From an uncultured Desulfarculus sp. (GTDB taxonomy: Bacteria; Desulfobacterota; Desulfarculia; Desulfarculales; Desulfarculaceae): a stretch of 64,000 bases of DNA. The notes beneath the pieces are model-generated. The model had not been told where the DNA came from. It did not search any database and saw only the letters and a list, made by a program, of their open reading frames with translations. The position numbers were made by a program, and so were the translations under genes. Shown here one piece after another: positions 20,704-31,271 of this stretch. The DNA lies in NCBI GenBank assembly GCA_963665125.2, contig CAXXUK010000001.1, positions 3,656,811 through 3,720,810 on the forward strand, written 5' to 3'. Every line of letters starts with the position of its first letter. Position 1 is the stretch's first letter.

Positions 20704-21156
20704 TTATTTTTTGCCCTCATAAAGCATAGATGTTAATGTGATTTTTGACCAATCGGATTTTTTGGCGGGTTTTTCCGGCTCCGGCATGATTTGGTCTTTA
20801 TCAGGTTTTTCCTGCTTAGGACCTCTTTCCGTTTCCGCTCTTGGGAAGACATGGATATCAGGTGCTCCCTTGATGAATCCCACTTTGTTTCCGCCATGAT
20901 CCCAGATAACACCGTCTTCAAACCAACCCAGGTGTTTTCCGTTGAAGCCGTAGATGTTGTGATATCTGCCGTTTTTCACCAGGTAAGCCAGGGGAGTGCC
21001 ATCCCAGACATAGATGGCCGAATCGCTTTCTGCGCTGATATATGCGACGGGATTACCCCAGAAATCATAAAGGTTCAATTCATCTGCTATAGCCGGTAGT
21101 ACTGCCATTATAAGAAAAATTACAATTGCCGGAAATAAAACGACTTGCTTCTTCAT
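20704..21156 (-). CDS. exported 4-fold beta-flower-like protein
   Basis: four repeats of (L/I)Y-xx-x-G-xx-(V/L)(A/G)(Y/W/F). Confidence 0.7.
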   Translation of the reverse strand: MKKQVVLFPAIVIFLIMAVLPAIADELNLYDFWGNPVAYISAESDSAIYVWDGTPLAYLVKNGRYHNIYGFNGKHLGWFEDGVIWDHGGNKVGFIKGAPDIHVFPRAETERGPKQEKPDKDQIMPEPEKPAKKSDWSKITLTSMLYEGKK

Positions 21157-21173
21157 TATTCAAACTCCATTTG

Positions 21174-22088
21174 CTAAATTGGTTCGTTGAGTCTTCCCGT
21201 TAGAAGGTTTGTTACAGCCCTGTTAAATCTTCGACGGGAATTCCTGAAAAACATTCCCATCCTGTATTTCATAGTTTTATGCGTTTTATCCAGATAAGCT
21301 TTATGTGCCACTATATGATCATATAATATGTCAATCGAATGAAATCTGTCATCCGGGTTATTCTGCAGGCATTTTGTCAGAATCTGCTCAATATTGTCCG
21401 ACAGGAAAGGGTTGATAGTGGAAATGGGTGGGAAGTTGAACTGATACTGTGTCGGTTCCTCCAGTGTAAGAGCATGAAAAAGAGTTGCTCCGAATGAGTA
21501 GATATCCGATCGGGGAGTGGTTTGCCCTCTTCCATACTGCTCCGGCGGACAATATCCCGGAGTGCCCAGCGGTGTGGTATCTCTGGGTTTCATGGGGTTA
21601 AAATGCCTTGCGATGCCCAGATCGATGAGTTTTAGTTCACCTGGAACCGTAATCATGATGTTTGCCGGTTTAAGATCACGGTAGACAATGGGCGGATCCT
21701 GTCTGTGGAGATAAGAGAGAACCCTGCAAATCTGTATGCCATATTCCACAATCTCGATCTCAGGCACAGGTTCTTCCGCTTTCTGGATGATATCTTCCAG
21801 TGTGGGGCCTTCCACTCTTTCCATTACCAGAAAATCCCATCCATCCTCTACGAAATAGTCAGCCAGATAAACAAGATTTTCGTGAGAAAGAGAAGAAAGG
21901 AACGAAATTTCCCGGAAAAGGGAATCCCGTTCGTCATCGGTGGGGGAGTGGGTGAGCTGTTTTAAAGCCCATACCAGCCCTACATCTTTCTTGTCCCTTA
22001 CAAGGTAAACTGTGGAAGTAGCTCCTTCACCCAGGTGACGGACAATTTCATAACGATGATTGACAATTGTTCCTGTTTTAAAATCCAT
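21174..22088 (-). CDS. Hanks-type Ser/Thr protein kinase
   Basis: LGEGATSTVY, ALK, YRDLKPAN, DLG, GTPGYCPPE, SDIYS. Confidence 0.95.
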   Translation of the reverse strand: MDFKTGTIVNHRYEIVRHLGEGATSTVYLVRDKKDVGLVWALKQLTHSPTDDERDSLFREISFLSSLSHENLVYLADYFVEDGWDFLVMERVEGPTLEDIIQKAEEPVPEIEIVEYGIQICRVLSYLHRQDPPIVYRDLKPANIMITVPGELKLIDLGIARHFNPMKPRDTTPLGTPGYCPPEQYGRGQTTPRSDIYSFGATLFHALTLEEPTQYQFNFPPISTINPFLSDNIEQILTKCLQNNPDDRFHSIDILYDHIVAHKAYLDKTHKTMKYRMGMFFRNSRRRFNRAVTNLLTGRLNEPI

Positions 22089-22421
22089 GGATATATAATA
22101 ATAAAATATCTGTCAAATGTCCATAATTTTTTGGGAGAATTATGCTTATTCTCAATATCAGGACAACCTGGTTTTGCCTCTGTTTTTTTTCCTGTAACTC
22201 CTTGAAAAATAGAGCCTTCCGGTCTGTGATATCTTCAACGGGATATAGATAACTGTATTGATATTCTTCCCCTTCCCCCGGAACTTCTCGGTACAAATCA
22301 AGCCTCTCACCTGTTCTGGTACTTTCTCATTATGGAGTTATCTGATAGGAATGAGGAGACCATATAGTCGGAAATGCCTGACAATGTCATTTAAAATCTC
22401 TCGAAGATCCCGAAAAAAGTC

Positions 22422-22474
22422 AAAAAAAAGGACCCCTCGTCTGCTTGAGAGGCCACGAATATAGTGCATCTTCT
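22422..22474 (-). ncRNA. candidate ~53-nt small RNA or attenuator leader
   Basis: lies between a perfect sigma70 promoter and a hairpin followed by U8. Confidence 0.5.
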
Positions 22475-22480
22475 AGCGAT

Positions 22481-22509
22481 ATTATATATGGCTTTATGAT
22501 TTCTGTCAA
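22481..22509 (-). promoter_or_regulatory. consensus sigma70 promoter
   Basis: TTGACA-17 bp-TATAAT on the minus strand. Confidence 0.8.
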
Positions 22510-22614
22510 TTTTAAGGTTGAAAAATATCTCAGGAGATCGGCATAGGATATGTTTAAGAAATTTTGGTATTTTGTTAAAATTATTTTTGCCTTTTTTGGG
22601 ATAGTTCCTTACAC

Positions 22615-22977
22615 GATAGTGTAGAATAATCCAGTGAATTTATTTCCTTCATTTAACTTCCGATTCTGAATCACAGGTATCCCCATTCGTATTCGGTTAA
22701 GGAAAAATAAAGCGAAAACCGGTAGGTCCGTTCTCCAGAACGGACTCCCGATTCCGAAATGAGGCATAAAATGGACGCTCTGGAGAGCGTCGCTACCGGA
22801 TCTCCATATTTCTTACAGCCTGGGGCAGGGACTCCGGACAACCCGGTTTATTCCGGGTAACATGGCGGAATGGGTCCGCCATCCCTTATCCGAATGCCAA
22901 TGAGGGCATCCCTGCCTGTGATTCAGAGCCGGAAGTAAATTAAAAGGGATAAATTCACTGGATTTTTTTACATTATC
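22615..22977. repeat. composite palindromic element: ~90-bp imperfect terminal inverted repeats enclosing a REP doublet
   Basis: 22615-22702 is approximately the reverse complement of 22884-22977; internal GTAG-GTCCGTTC-TCCA-GAACGGAC and inverted GTAG-CGACGCTC-TCCA-GAGCGTC (22722-22796). Confidence 0.8.
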
Positions 22978-23062
22978 TCCCGACACCTGAATTGGAATAT
23001 TTCATTTACAAAATACTACAATTTAGTTATAATTGTTGTAAGTGAATGGGGGGGATCCCTGT

Positions 23063-25522
23063 ATGAAACGGAAAAAATTCCTTTTTGACCTGCTGTTTAT
23101 CGTTCTTGTAATTCTTGTGTTCTTTTTATCCTGGAATTATCAGCAGAAACGATTAATATATCAAAACATTGAACAGCTGAAGTCTTCAGACTCCACTGGC
23201 CGACAAAGAGCCATTGCCGCATTGCGGAAAATCGGCAAACCTGCCGTCGAACCTTTGATTTTCGCTTTACAGTTTGATAATGTTCATGCGAAATCCATTG
23301 TAATGGAGACCATCTGTACCATCACAAGGAAAAAAGAACTGGTTCAAACTACAATCAAACTCGAAGAAGAAAGCCTGAATTTAAAGAAAGGATCAGCCGA
23401 AGCCCTGGGGCTGATAGCAGATCCCCGTGCAGTTTCGCCCCTGGTGTCTCTTCTTAATTATAAGAATCCCGATGTGCGGGAATGTGCAGTCACTGCCCTG
23501 GGAAAAATCGGAAAACCGGCAATTCCTGCATTGAGTACAGCAGTGATGGGGAATGATCCGGAAACTGTGCTGATAGTTGTAAAGACACTGGGGTTGACAA
23601 AGGACCCTGAGGCAGTGAAGCCAATAATCAACGGATTAAAGAAGCATTCAAAGGAATTGTGGATCAGGTTCGATTATATTGAATATGAAACTGCATTCGC
23701 CAACGCCCTGGGAGAGATCGGTAAACCGGCATTAAATTCTCTGACTGAGCTGTCAAAAGGCTCAGACTTCATAGCAAAAAGGGTTGCCATAAGATCGATG
23801 GGTAAAATTCCCGCCCCTGAAACGGTCAAAGTATTGATTTCTCTGCTGTCAACGGAGAAAGATGAGTTGTATGATCTTACAGTTGAATCCCTGAAAGATA
23901 TGGGCAAGATGACGACAATAGATCTGGCGGAGGCTTTGCAGGATGAGAATCCTTTCATTCGCAGGGGAGCAGCACGGGCACTGGGTATGAGTGGTGACCC
24001 TGAAGCCGTCGGGCCTCTGTTGAAAGCCTTCAGGGAGGGAGACCCACAAACACGCAAGGAAACCCTGGGAGTGCTGGCTTGTTTCAGAGACAGACGATTG
24101 ACGGATCTTATGATGGATTGTTTGTTCAGTGAAGAGGAAGAAATCAGCAATATCGCTGCCACAGGGCTTATCAATCTGGGTAAACCTGCTGTCCAGGCTT
24201 TGCTCAAAGAAATTAAAACCGGAGCTGAAAAAAGACGAAAGACAGCTTATGATGTTTTGGTGAGATTCGGGAGAACATCCAGAGAGAATCAGGATGATTT
24301 GGGTTGTCAGGAAATACTGGGTATCCTTGAGAAGGAGTATAAACAGGCAAAAGGGCAGTATAAAGAATCTCTGGAATCTCTGATTGTTTTATATAATGCT
24401 GAGCAACCTGTAAATTATTATTTAAAAAGTCTGAATGATGAGAATACCAAAATTCGGAGATATGCCGCTTACCGGTTGGGAGAGATCCGTGATCCCAAAG
24501 CTGTGAAACCGCTTGTAGCCGCTTTGAATGATTCCGATAGGGAAGTTAAGGGGAATGCCATAGTTTCCCTGGGGGAAATCGGCGGAGCCGAGACAGTAGA
24601 GCCGTTGTTAAAACTAATGTCTTGTGAAGATGATGGCTTTGCAGATAGTGCTGCAATGAGTCTGAAGAATGTCGGAGTACCGGCAGCTCCGGCTTTGATT
24701 AAGAAACTAAGGGATAAAAATGAGAAAGTCCGGGACAGGGCTTATAGTGCATTGGCGAATTCCTCCGAGGTTGAAATCACAGACCTTCTGGGAAAGGCAT
24801 TTAATGACGGTGATGTCAACTTTCGGTTGAAAATTATTGAGTTGATAGGATCATCCACCGAATTCCCCGGCTATCACAATGTGAATGCCGCTCTTGCCGA
24901 CACAGACTGGAGAATTCGAAAACTAGCGGTGGAATGCCTTTCTTTATTTCCTCACAACGATTCCACAGAAATAATGGTTGAGAAACTGAAAGACAGGGAA
25001 ATTCAGGTTCGAATATCCGCCGCTTATGCATTGGGGGTCTGGCAGAACCCATCGGCTCTGAACCCCCTGAATGAAGCCTTCAATGATGAGAACCCTTTAA
25101 TGCGCCTGGCTGTGGTTGACTCTGTCAGCTATTACCTGAGTGAAAAGGCGACTCCATTGAAATTGAGGGCACTGAAAGACAGTGATAAGGAAATCAGGAA
25201 ACTTGCTTTTGCTTCCATTCCCAGGGATTACTACAAGAGGAACAAGAAAATTTTGTTGTCTGCATTGGAAAGAGATCCTGAATTTGTAATGGAATTCATC
25301 GAGCGGTTGATTGCCGTTGAAATTCCGGAAATTGATGCGATCATTGTAAGAGAACTGGATAAAAACAGCGATATCAATAAGACCCTGGACTGCCTGTACA
25401 GCAATAATCCAACATTGGTGAATGCAGCCGGGGAATGGTGTAAAAAGCATAATTACAAAATGGTGCTGGATATTAAAGATAATGTTTCTATTAAGCGTGA
25501 TCCGCCTTTGACGGAAGAATAA
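23063..25522 (+). CDS. membrane-anchored HEAT/PBS-lyase repeat protein
   Basis: N-terminal TM; many VRxxAxxALGxIG-x-PAVxPL repeats. Confidence 0.92.
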   Translation: MKRKKFLFDLLFIVLVILVFFLSWNYQQKRLIYQNIEQLKSSDSTGRQRAIAALRKIGKPAVEPLIFALQFDNVHAKSIVMETICTITRKKELVQTTIKLEEESLNLKKGSAEALGLIADPRAVSPLVSLLNYKNPDVRECAVTALGKIGKPAIPALSTAVMGNDPETVLIVVKTLGLTKDPEAVKPIINGLKKHSKELWIRFDYIEYETAFANALGEIGKPALNSLTELSKGSDFIAKRVAIRSMGKIPAPETVKVLISLLSTEKDELYDLTVESLKDMGKMTTIDLAEALQDENPFIRRGAARALGMSGDPEAVGPLLKAFREGDPQTRKETLGVLACFRDRRLTDLMMDCLFSEEEEISNIAATGLINLGKPAVQALLKEIKTGAEKRRKTAYDVLVRFGRTSRENQDDLGCQEILGILEKEYKQAKGQYKESLESLIVLYNAEQPVNYYLKSLNDENTKIRRYAAYRLGEIRDPKAVKPLVAALNDSDREVKGNAIVSLGEIGGAETVEPLLKLMSCEDDGFADSAAMSLKNVGVPAAPALIKKLRDKNEKVRDRAYSALANSSEVEITDLLGKAFNDGDVNFRLKIIELIGSSTEFPGYHNVNAALADTDWRIRKLAVECLSLFPHNDSTEIMVEKLKDREIQVRISAAYALGVWQNPSALNPLNEAFNDENPLMRLAVVDSVSYYLSEKATPLKLRALKDSDKEIRKLAFASIPRDYYKRNKKILLSALERDPEFVMEFIERLIAVEIPEIDAIIVRELDKNSDINKTLDCLYSNNPTLVNAAGEWCKKHNYKMVLDIKDNVSIKRDPPLTEE

Positions 25523-25643
25523 AAATATCCGATAAAATAGAATAAACCGGTCGTTATAGTTCGGCAAGTGATCGCATCCGTTAAAAACAATGGATGTAAA
25601 AGCATTTTTACAAGGTGATGGGAATAACCTTTCATTTTCCCCC

Positions 25644-25672
25644 TTGCCCCGGAAGTCCTCAGGTGTTATAAT
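25644..25672 (+). promoter_or_regulatory. sigma70-type promoter
   Basis: TTGCCC-17 bp-TATAAT with TG extended -10. Confidence 0.55.
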
Positions 25673-25722
25673 TATATTCGTAAATTCTTAATCATAATCC
25701 ATATTATCGGGGGCTGTTTTTT

Positions 25723-27393
25723 ATGAAGGGCTTTCCGTTCAAGTCGATCCATATTTTCATAATAACGATTTTATTTTCTGTGCTGCTTTCTTCCCTGGCA
25801 TTTTCCCAGACTGCCCCTGCTCATCCCATTTGGCAAACCACCGATCAGAACGGTTTGAATGTCAAACTGCAATGTTTGCAGGGGCATTTGAATGTACATT
25901 CAAAACTGAGTTCTCCGGATCCCACAACTCAGGGAACAGATTTTGATATTCTTCTGGGACAATGTGAAGCAAGGAATCTGAATTTCATCGCAATGACCGA
26001 TACCGCTACCAATATTTCTCTCCGCACATTCTGTCTTATGAAGGGTCTGGCACTTGCCAGGGCAAAATATGACGGAGCACTTCTTTCAGGGTTCAATTGG
26101 ATAGGAGATCCCTCATTCACTCTGTCTTCACTTGCCAATATTGTAGTGGTGGGAGCTGACCAGGTGGCTTACTATTCACCGGGAGGAACGGAAATTCAAG
26201 TCCCTACTCAATACCTGCCCCTGGACTATATAAATCCTAATGTCGTTGATGTGGCGGGACAAAGTATCTATCAATCTGAAAAAGATTATCTGGATATCAT
26301 TGAAAACGGAGAATACAGATATCAGGATGCATCCAAACTGACCCCGGTTACCAAAGCTGTTGAAGAATACATTACCGAGTGGAGTGAGAAATACAACCTG
26401 GATGTTGTTCTTGGCGGAGAAACCCTTGAGGAGTTGCGTAAGGATCTGGAAAAAAGACTTGAAGAAGTGAATAAAATACAGAAGGTCCGTTTTCCTTGCT
26501 ATAGCTTTGACAACCTTGCTTCATGGATTAATATTGAAGCCGGTAAGAATAAATATATGTCGGCAATGTTCTGTTACCCTGTGGGGACTGATCCCCTGCC
26601 TGACTGGGTAAAGGAATTTTTCTCGCAGAAATATAACGAGACCTATCTTGAAGCTTTCAACCTGGCTCAGGTAAAGCCCACTGCTGCCACAACCGAAGGT
26701 GGCTCAAGCAGCTTTGATCTGACTGTCTATCAGGAAGCTCTGGCTGCAGGCTGGAAGGTTGCTCCCGCTACTTCTCTCAATAATACTGGTGATGTGGTTG
26801 ATGCTGATGCTGCGTATTTCACGGGTATATGGTCAGAAGAACCTACATCTACCAGTGATTCGAGAAAATATATATTGAATATTCTCGATGGATTGAGAAA
26901 GCGAAGAACTTTTACGGCAAACATGAATACTATGTTTGCTTTTCTGAAGGTCGTAGATTCCACCGGGCAGACTATGGCGTTAATGGGCGATACCATCAGA
27001 ACTGACAAATCGGGAATAATTGAGTTGAACATGGGGGTTGCCGTGGATCTTAATGACAAGATTTTTCTGGGTAAACCCCTTATGGTAGTAAATTATAATG
27101 ACAAATCCGTCCGCTATTTTCCCTTTAACTCATTTTATCAGGATATATCGGGAAACGGTCCCTCCAATCCCATACCTTCCAGAGTCTTCCAGAGACATAT
27201 CGATTCATTTAAAAACATCAAGAGTTTTTATATTGTTGTGGATTATTATCGTGTTATGAAACAGTATAACTCCAAAGAGCAATATGCTACCGACTGGTCT
27301 TTCTATAAAGTCTGGAAGTACTTCACAATATCCCGTCTAAGTTCAGATCGGTTTCAGCTGATAACTTCCCCCATCTTTGTAGATGTAAACTGA
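25723..27393 (+). CDS. exported protein with degenerate PHP-like fold
   Basis: signal peptide; GHLNVHS, FIAMTD, ALAAGWKVAP, GLRKRRTF resemble PHP/CehA-type hydrolases, but several metal ligands are missing. Confidence 0.55.
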   Translation: MKGFPFKSIHIFIITILFSVLLSSLAFSQTAPAHPIWQTTDQNGLNVKLQCLQGHLNVHSKLSSPDPTTQGTDFDILLGQCEARNLNFIAMTDTATNISLRTFCLMKGLALARAKYDGALLSGFNWIGDPSFTLSSLANIVVVGADQVAYYSPGGTEIQVPTQYLPLDYINPNVVDVAGQSIYQSEKDYLDIIENGEYRYQDASKLTPVTKAVEEYITEWSEKYNLDVVLGGETLEELRKDLEKRLEEVNKIQKVRFPCYSFDNLASWINIEAGKNKYMSAMFCYPVGTDPLPDWVKEFFSQKYNETYLEAFNLAQVKPTAATTEGGSSSFDLTVYQEALAAGWKVAPATSLNNTGDVVDADAAYFTGIWSEEPTSTSDSRKYILNILDGLRKRRTFTANMNTMFAFLKVVDSTGQTMALMGDTIRTDKSGIIELNMGVAVDLNDKIFLGKPLMVVNYNDKSVRYFPFNSFYQDISGNGPSNPIPSRVFQRHIDSFKNIKSFYIVVDYYRVMKQYNSKEQYATDWSFYKVWKYFTISRLSSDRFQLITSPIFVDVN

Positions 27394-27517
27394 TTGGACT
27401 GCAAAAACTATTTACTACCCCATTTTTTCCTGTTATAATCCAACCGGATAGCTGTTCCGATACATTCTATCACTTCAGTTTATTATTGAAATCATCAATA
27501 AAAGGTGGATTTTATTT

Positions 27518-28297
27518 ATGGAAAAAATTGAAGATATTTTTCTGTTATTGTCTGGTGAGAAGAAATCACTGAAACCTGAGCATGCATATAAGGCAGGTGA
27601 AGAAGGACTTCTTCGGGCATTCTACTTTTTCAGATGGCTCAACAAAAAAGACTATAAGACTCTGGATGATGTAGTGGAAGCTTTCAATAAGAACAAGATT
27701 CCTGAACAACAGCTGGAACATTACGGCAGTGCCCTGGTGATGATTGATCACTATGATACTGATGACAGGGTAAAGAAGGCTCTTATATATCTCAATGATG
27801 CTTATAAAGGAAAAACAGGGAAAGAAATTTTATATAACCAGAAAGACAAACGAATTGAACGTCGTGTGCTGAAGAATATATACCAGGTGTTTACCGATTC
27901 CCTGGACAGACTCAAAAACAGGACTGTGGATCTGAAGAAATCCAATACCACCGTTTGGGTGATGCTGGTGATTGTACTGGCGGTAAATGTTGCTCTTGTT
28001 GCAACAGGTGTATACTTTAACGTTCTTAACAGTATCATTCCCGATTTAATGAAAAACAGTCAGATAATGTCGAAATACGGTGTGGCCGTATTGGCAGGAA
28101 TATTGTTCATTATTCCGGCATTACTGATACTCATTATGTCCCGCCATAAACTCTCGGAACAAGCTGCCAAAGGTAATGAATACCCTGAAGCTATTGCCAG
28201 ATTGGAAGAGGAAGCGAATAAATTTAAAAATATTCTGGAAGGAATGAAAATCAACCTGGGATCCAATGGAGCAGAAGCGAATAAACCACAACCCTAG
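27518..28297 (+). CDS. hypothetical membrane protein (2 TM)
   Basis: two hydrophobic helices; RBS aaaggtgg. Confidence 0.7.
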   Translation: MEKIEDIFLLLSGEKKSLKPEHAYKAGEEGLLRAFYFFRWLNKKDYKTLDDVVEAFNKNKIPEQQLEHYGSALVMIDHYDTDDRVKKALIYLNDAYKGKTGKEILYNQKDKRIERRVLKNIYQVFTDSLDRLKNRTVDLKKSNTTVWVMLVIVLAVNVALVATGVYFNVLNSIIPDLMKNSQIMSKYGVAVLAGILFIIPALLILIMSRHKLSEQAAKGNEYPEAIARLEEEANKFKNILEGMKINLGSNGAEANKPQP

Positions 28298-28464
28298 GAC
28301 AGACGGCGGAATTTTTGCAGGAATTGCGTCCCGTCAGGACTGCCCACAGGAATATAGGCAGTACCCCGGGATAAACTTCTCCCAAAGACAGTTATACAGG
28401 TTATCCCATTGGAAACGAAAGGTTTCGAAATTTTTGCCGATATTCGGAATTCGAAAAAATAAAA

Positions 28465-28491
28465 AAAGTGCCGAAATATTCCCGGCACTTT
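28465..28491. terminator. bidirectional terminator
   Basis: AAAGTGCCG...CGGCACTTT between convergent genes. Confidence 0.75.
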
Positions 28492-28520
28492 CTTTATTTT
28501 TATGGATGATCTTTCAGATT

Positions 28521-30026
28521 TTACTGTTTTACGGACAATTCATCTTCTGATGATGTGCTGTAATTGTCTACCATCTGTGGGTTCTGATCACCATCAGTCA
28601 TATCTCCAACTTTAGGATAGCTGTAATAATACAGTTCCTCGGCGCTGACGCTGCCATTGCCGTTGGTGTCGGCCGGACCAGCTGTGGAGGAGAATCCTAA
28701 ACCCTCAGTATAATAATAGGTGAATACTCCGTTCCCAATGGAACTCATTTCCCAAGAAACTTCAGAACCGCTGGATGCTGTTACACAAACCAGGTTGGGG
28801 AGAGTTTCCACATTTTTGGCTGATTTGGGGTTGAATGTGCCTTTGAAACTGGGATTGTACCCTTGTGCTCCTGTATAGACTCTGGCAGTCTTTGTTATTC
28901 CGTTTTTGACATTGGTCAGGTTCTTACCAATGATTCCACCACTATAGCAGGAATCGATAAAGATGGCTGTGGTACAGGGCATTCCCTGAATAGCTGTTGC
29001 CAGTTCCTGATCATTGATGTAACCCCAATCGGTCAGGTCATCACTCCACATACAAATTGCCGCTCTTCCATCGGAATTCGTACCATGACCGCTGAAAGTC
29101 ATTACAAACAGATCATCGGAAGCGGCATTGCTCTTGATGGTGCTTATAGTATTGAGAATATTGCTCTCGGTTGCCTGTTGGTCGGTAATGTAATAAATGG
29201 TCGCATCGCTCCACATGTTGGAGCTTTGGAATGCATTTCTTGCATCCTGAGCGTCTGCCACACAATAGTTAAGATCATTGTAGTCGCCGGGATAGTCATT
29301 TACACCGATGATAAGGGCATGGACTTTTCCGGTGAAAACTGGGGTAGGTGTTACTGTGGGGCTTGGTGTGGGACCACTGGTGGGATAAAGACTGAAGTTC
29401 TTATAAGCGGTCTGGCCTGCAGTCACAGATACTGATGTGGTCGAGGTATAGTAAAGTGATTTGGTTACGGAAAGACTGTGTGTTCCTTCAGGAACATAAG
29501 AAAAAGTATAGTTTCCTGAATAATCGGTTGATTGGTTTACAGTTGTGGAATCGCTCTTTGTCAGTTGAACTGTTGCTCCGCTGATTGCCTGTGCATTATT
29601 GGCATCCGTAACGGTTCCCGATATCTGTCCTGTGGGATTCACATCAAGGATGGTCGTTGTAGTGCTCTCTGATTCCACATAAAGCTCCTGCTGACACGCA
29701 AGGCTTCCCTTTACTGCTGTCAGAAGAATGTTGCCTGCGGAAACATTATAGAGAGTGAATTCACCGTTGGTGTTTGTTGTGGTTGAGCCGCTCCGCTTGT
29801 TTGCAAGATAGCTGCTCAGCTGCCAGGATACTGTTGCTCCTGAGAGGGGAAGACCCTGGTCATCATACACAGTTCCCATAATTGTGGCGTTTCCGTCGAC
29901 GATGTCTCCGCCTCCGCCACCGTCACCACCACCGCCGCTACAGCCAATCATTACTGAAAAGGTCAAAACCATAGTCAGTAAAAGAATTGCAGTGAACATT
30001 ACTTTGATTTTGGAATTTTGTTTCAC
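28521..30026 (-). CDS. lipoprotein: two carboxypeptidase-regulatory-like Ig domains plus caspase/metacaspase (C14) domain
   Basis: lipobox MIGC, Gly-rich linker, ALIIGVNDY, FSGHG and DSCYSG His-Cys dyad, GVFT, QNP. Confidence 0.88.
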   Translation of the reverse strand: MKQNSKIKVMFTAILLLTMVLTFSVMIGCSGGGGDGGGGGDIVDGNATIMGTVYDDQGLPLSGATVSWQLSSYLANKRSGSTTTNTNGEFTLYNVSAGNILLTAVKGSLACQQELYVESESTTTTILDVNPTGQISGTVTDANNAQAISGATVQLTKSDSTTVNQSTDYSGNYTFSYVPEGTHSLSVTKSLYYTSTTSVSVTAGQTAYKNFSLYPTSGPTPSPTVTPTPVFTGKVHALIIGVNDYPGDYNDLNYCVADAQDARNAFQSSNMWSDATIYYITDQQATESNILNTISTIKSNAASDDLFVMTFSGHGTNSDGRAAICMWSDDLTDWGYINDQELATAIQGMPCTTAIFIDSCYSGGIIGKNLTNVKNGITKTARVYTGAQGYNPSFKGTFNPKSAKNVETLPNLVCVTASSGSEVSWEMSSIGNGVFTYYYTEGLGFSSTAGPADTNGNGSVSAEELYYYSYPKVGDMTDGDQNPQMVDNYSTSSEDELSVKQ

Positions 30027-30611
30027 CTGATATCCTCCTTAATAATAATCCTTTGAGATAAGCTATTTTCTGTTAGTGCCTTCAGTTTTATTCTTCTCTT
30101 ACCGGGTTATCCAAAGGAACGTGGCAATACTATTCAGGATATGACTTACTGAAAAAAGCTGTTCTCAGAGAAAAATAAATTGCCGGTTTCCCTACCGGGG
30201 TTTATAAAGTGCATAATTATTGTTCGGATTAATAGAAGTGATTATTAAGTAAAAGGCTGAAAATTGGTATTTAATTCTTTCCTGTTTTTATGAGGAGAAC
30301 TTTTTTGTATCCTGCCATATCTTTATTATCAATCCATGACCTTAATCCTTCTAAAAATGTATTGATATAATCTGTTAGCTGATGATATTTCCTGTGATTA
30401 AAAGTGGATTTCTTATTCCGACAGAGTAGGGGTATAGTTAACAGCGGTATCTCTATTGCATGTCGATCTGCTTTTCCTGTATTCCTGTTGCTATTCCGCA
30501 CTTCTGTAATATTGAAATTGAATATCTGCTGCATATCACAGGAAAAAAATGATATTTAACTAATTTAATCCAACATGTAACTCAGAGATATTAATCAGTG
30601 GAGGCAAAAAT

Positions 30612-31004
30612 ATGGAATTTACAGTAAAATCATCAAAGAGAACGGAATTAATCAACATTACACAGGAAATAAATAAAAAGCTTAAAGAATCAGGAGTTCA
30701 AAGTGGGGTCTGTACCATTTACATTCCCCATACCACAGCCGGAGTGACTGTAAATGAAGGTGCTGATCCTGATGTGGTTCAGGATATAGTGATGAAATTG
30801 GATAAAATGGTGCCTCGGGATGAAGACTACAGACACTCCGAGGGAAATTCCGATGCCCATATCAAGGCATCACTGATGGGAGCCTCAGAGACCTTCCTCA
30901 TTGAGAACGGTTCCATATCCCTGGGAACCTGGCAGAAAATATATTTCTGTGAATTTGACGGACCTCGTACAAGAAAAGTCTGGCTTCGAATCTTCGGAGT
31001 GTAG
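30612..31004 (+). CDS. yjbQ: YjbQ / UPF0047 family protein
   Basis: PHTTAG, HSEGNSDAHIK, LGTWQ, EFDGPR. Confidence 0.93.
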   Translation: MEFTVKSSKRTELINITQEINKKLKESGVQSGVCTIYIPHTTAGVTVNEGADPDVVQDIVMKLDKMVPRDEDYRHSEGNSDAHIKASLMGASETFLIENGSISLGTWQKIYFCEFDGPRTRKVWLRIFGV

Positions 31005-31271
31005 GTTACGGCATTACAGAATGTTCATTCATTATACTTTGAAAGATGATTAGTGGATAATAAAAAAGTAATTTATGAGCCGGAATCTGAAATGAAACTT
31101 ATGGATTATTGAAGATATTCTACTGGTTTTTACCCGCTTATCAATGGATTGGAGTAAGCAATTGCTTTGATAGGCAGTATAAAGGTTCTCCCCGGAAAAC
31201 CAGGATGAAGAATACCTTTATGGATCTATAAATTTTACATGCAATATAATATACAGGAGTAATACAATCAA

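Noticed and set aside
30271..30534. 87-aa minus-strand ORF
   Set aside because: AT-rich intergenic DNA between divergent genes; no RBS or motif.
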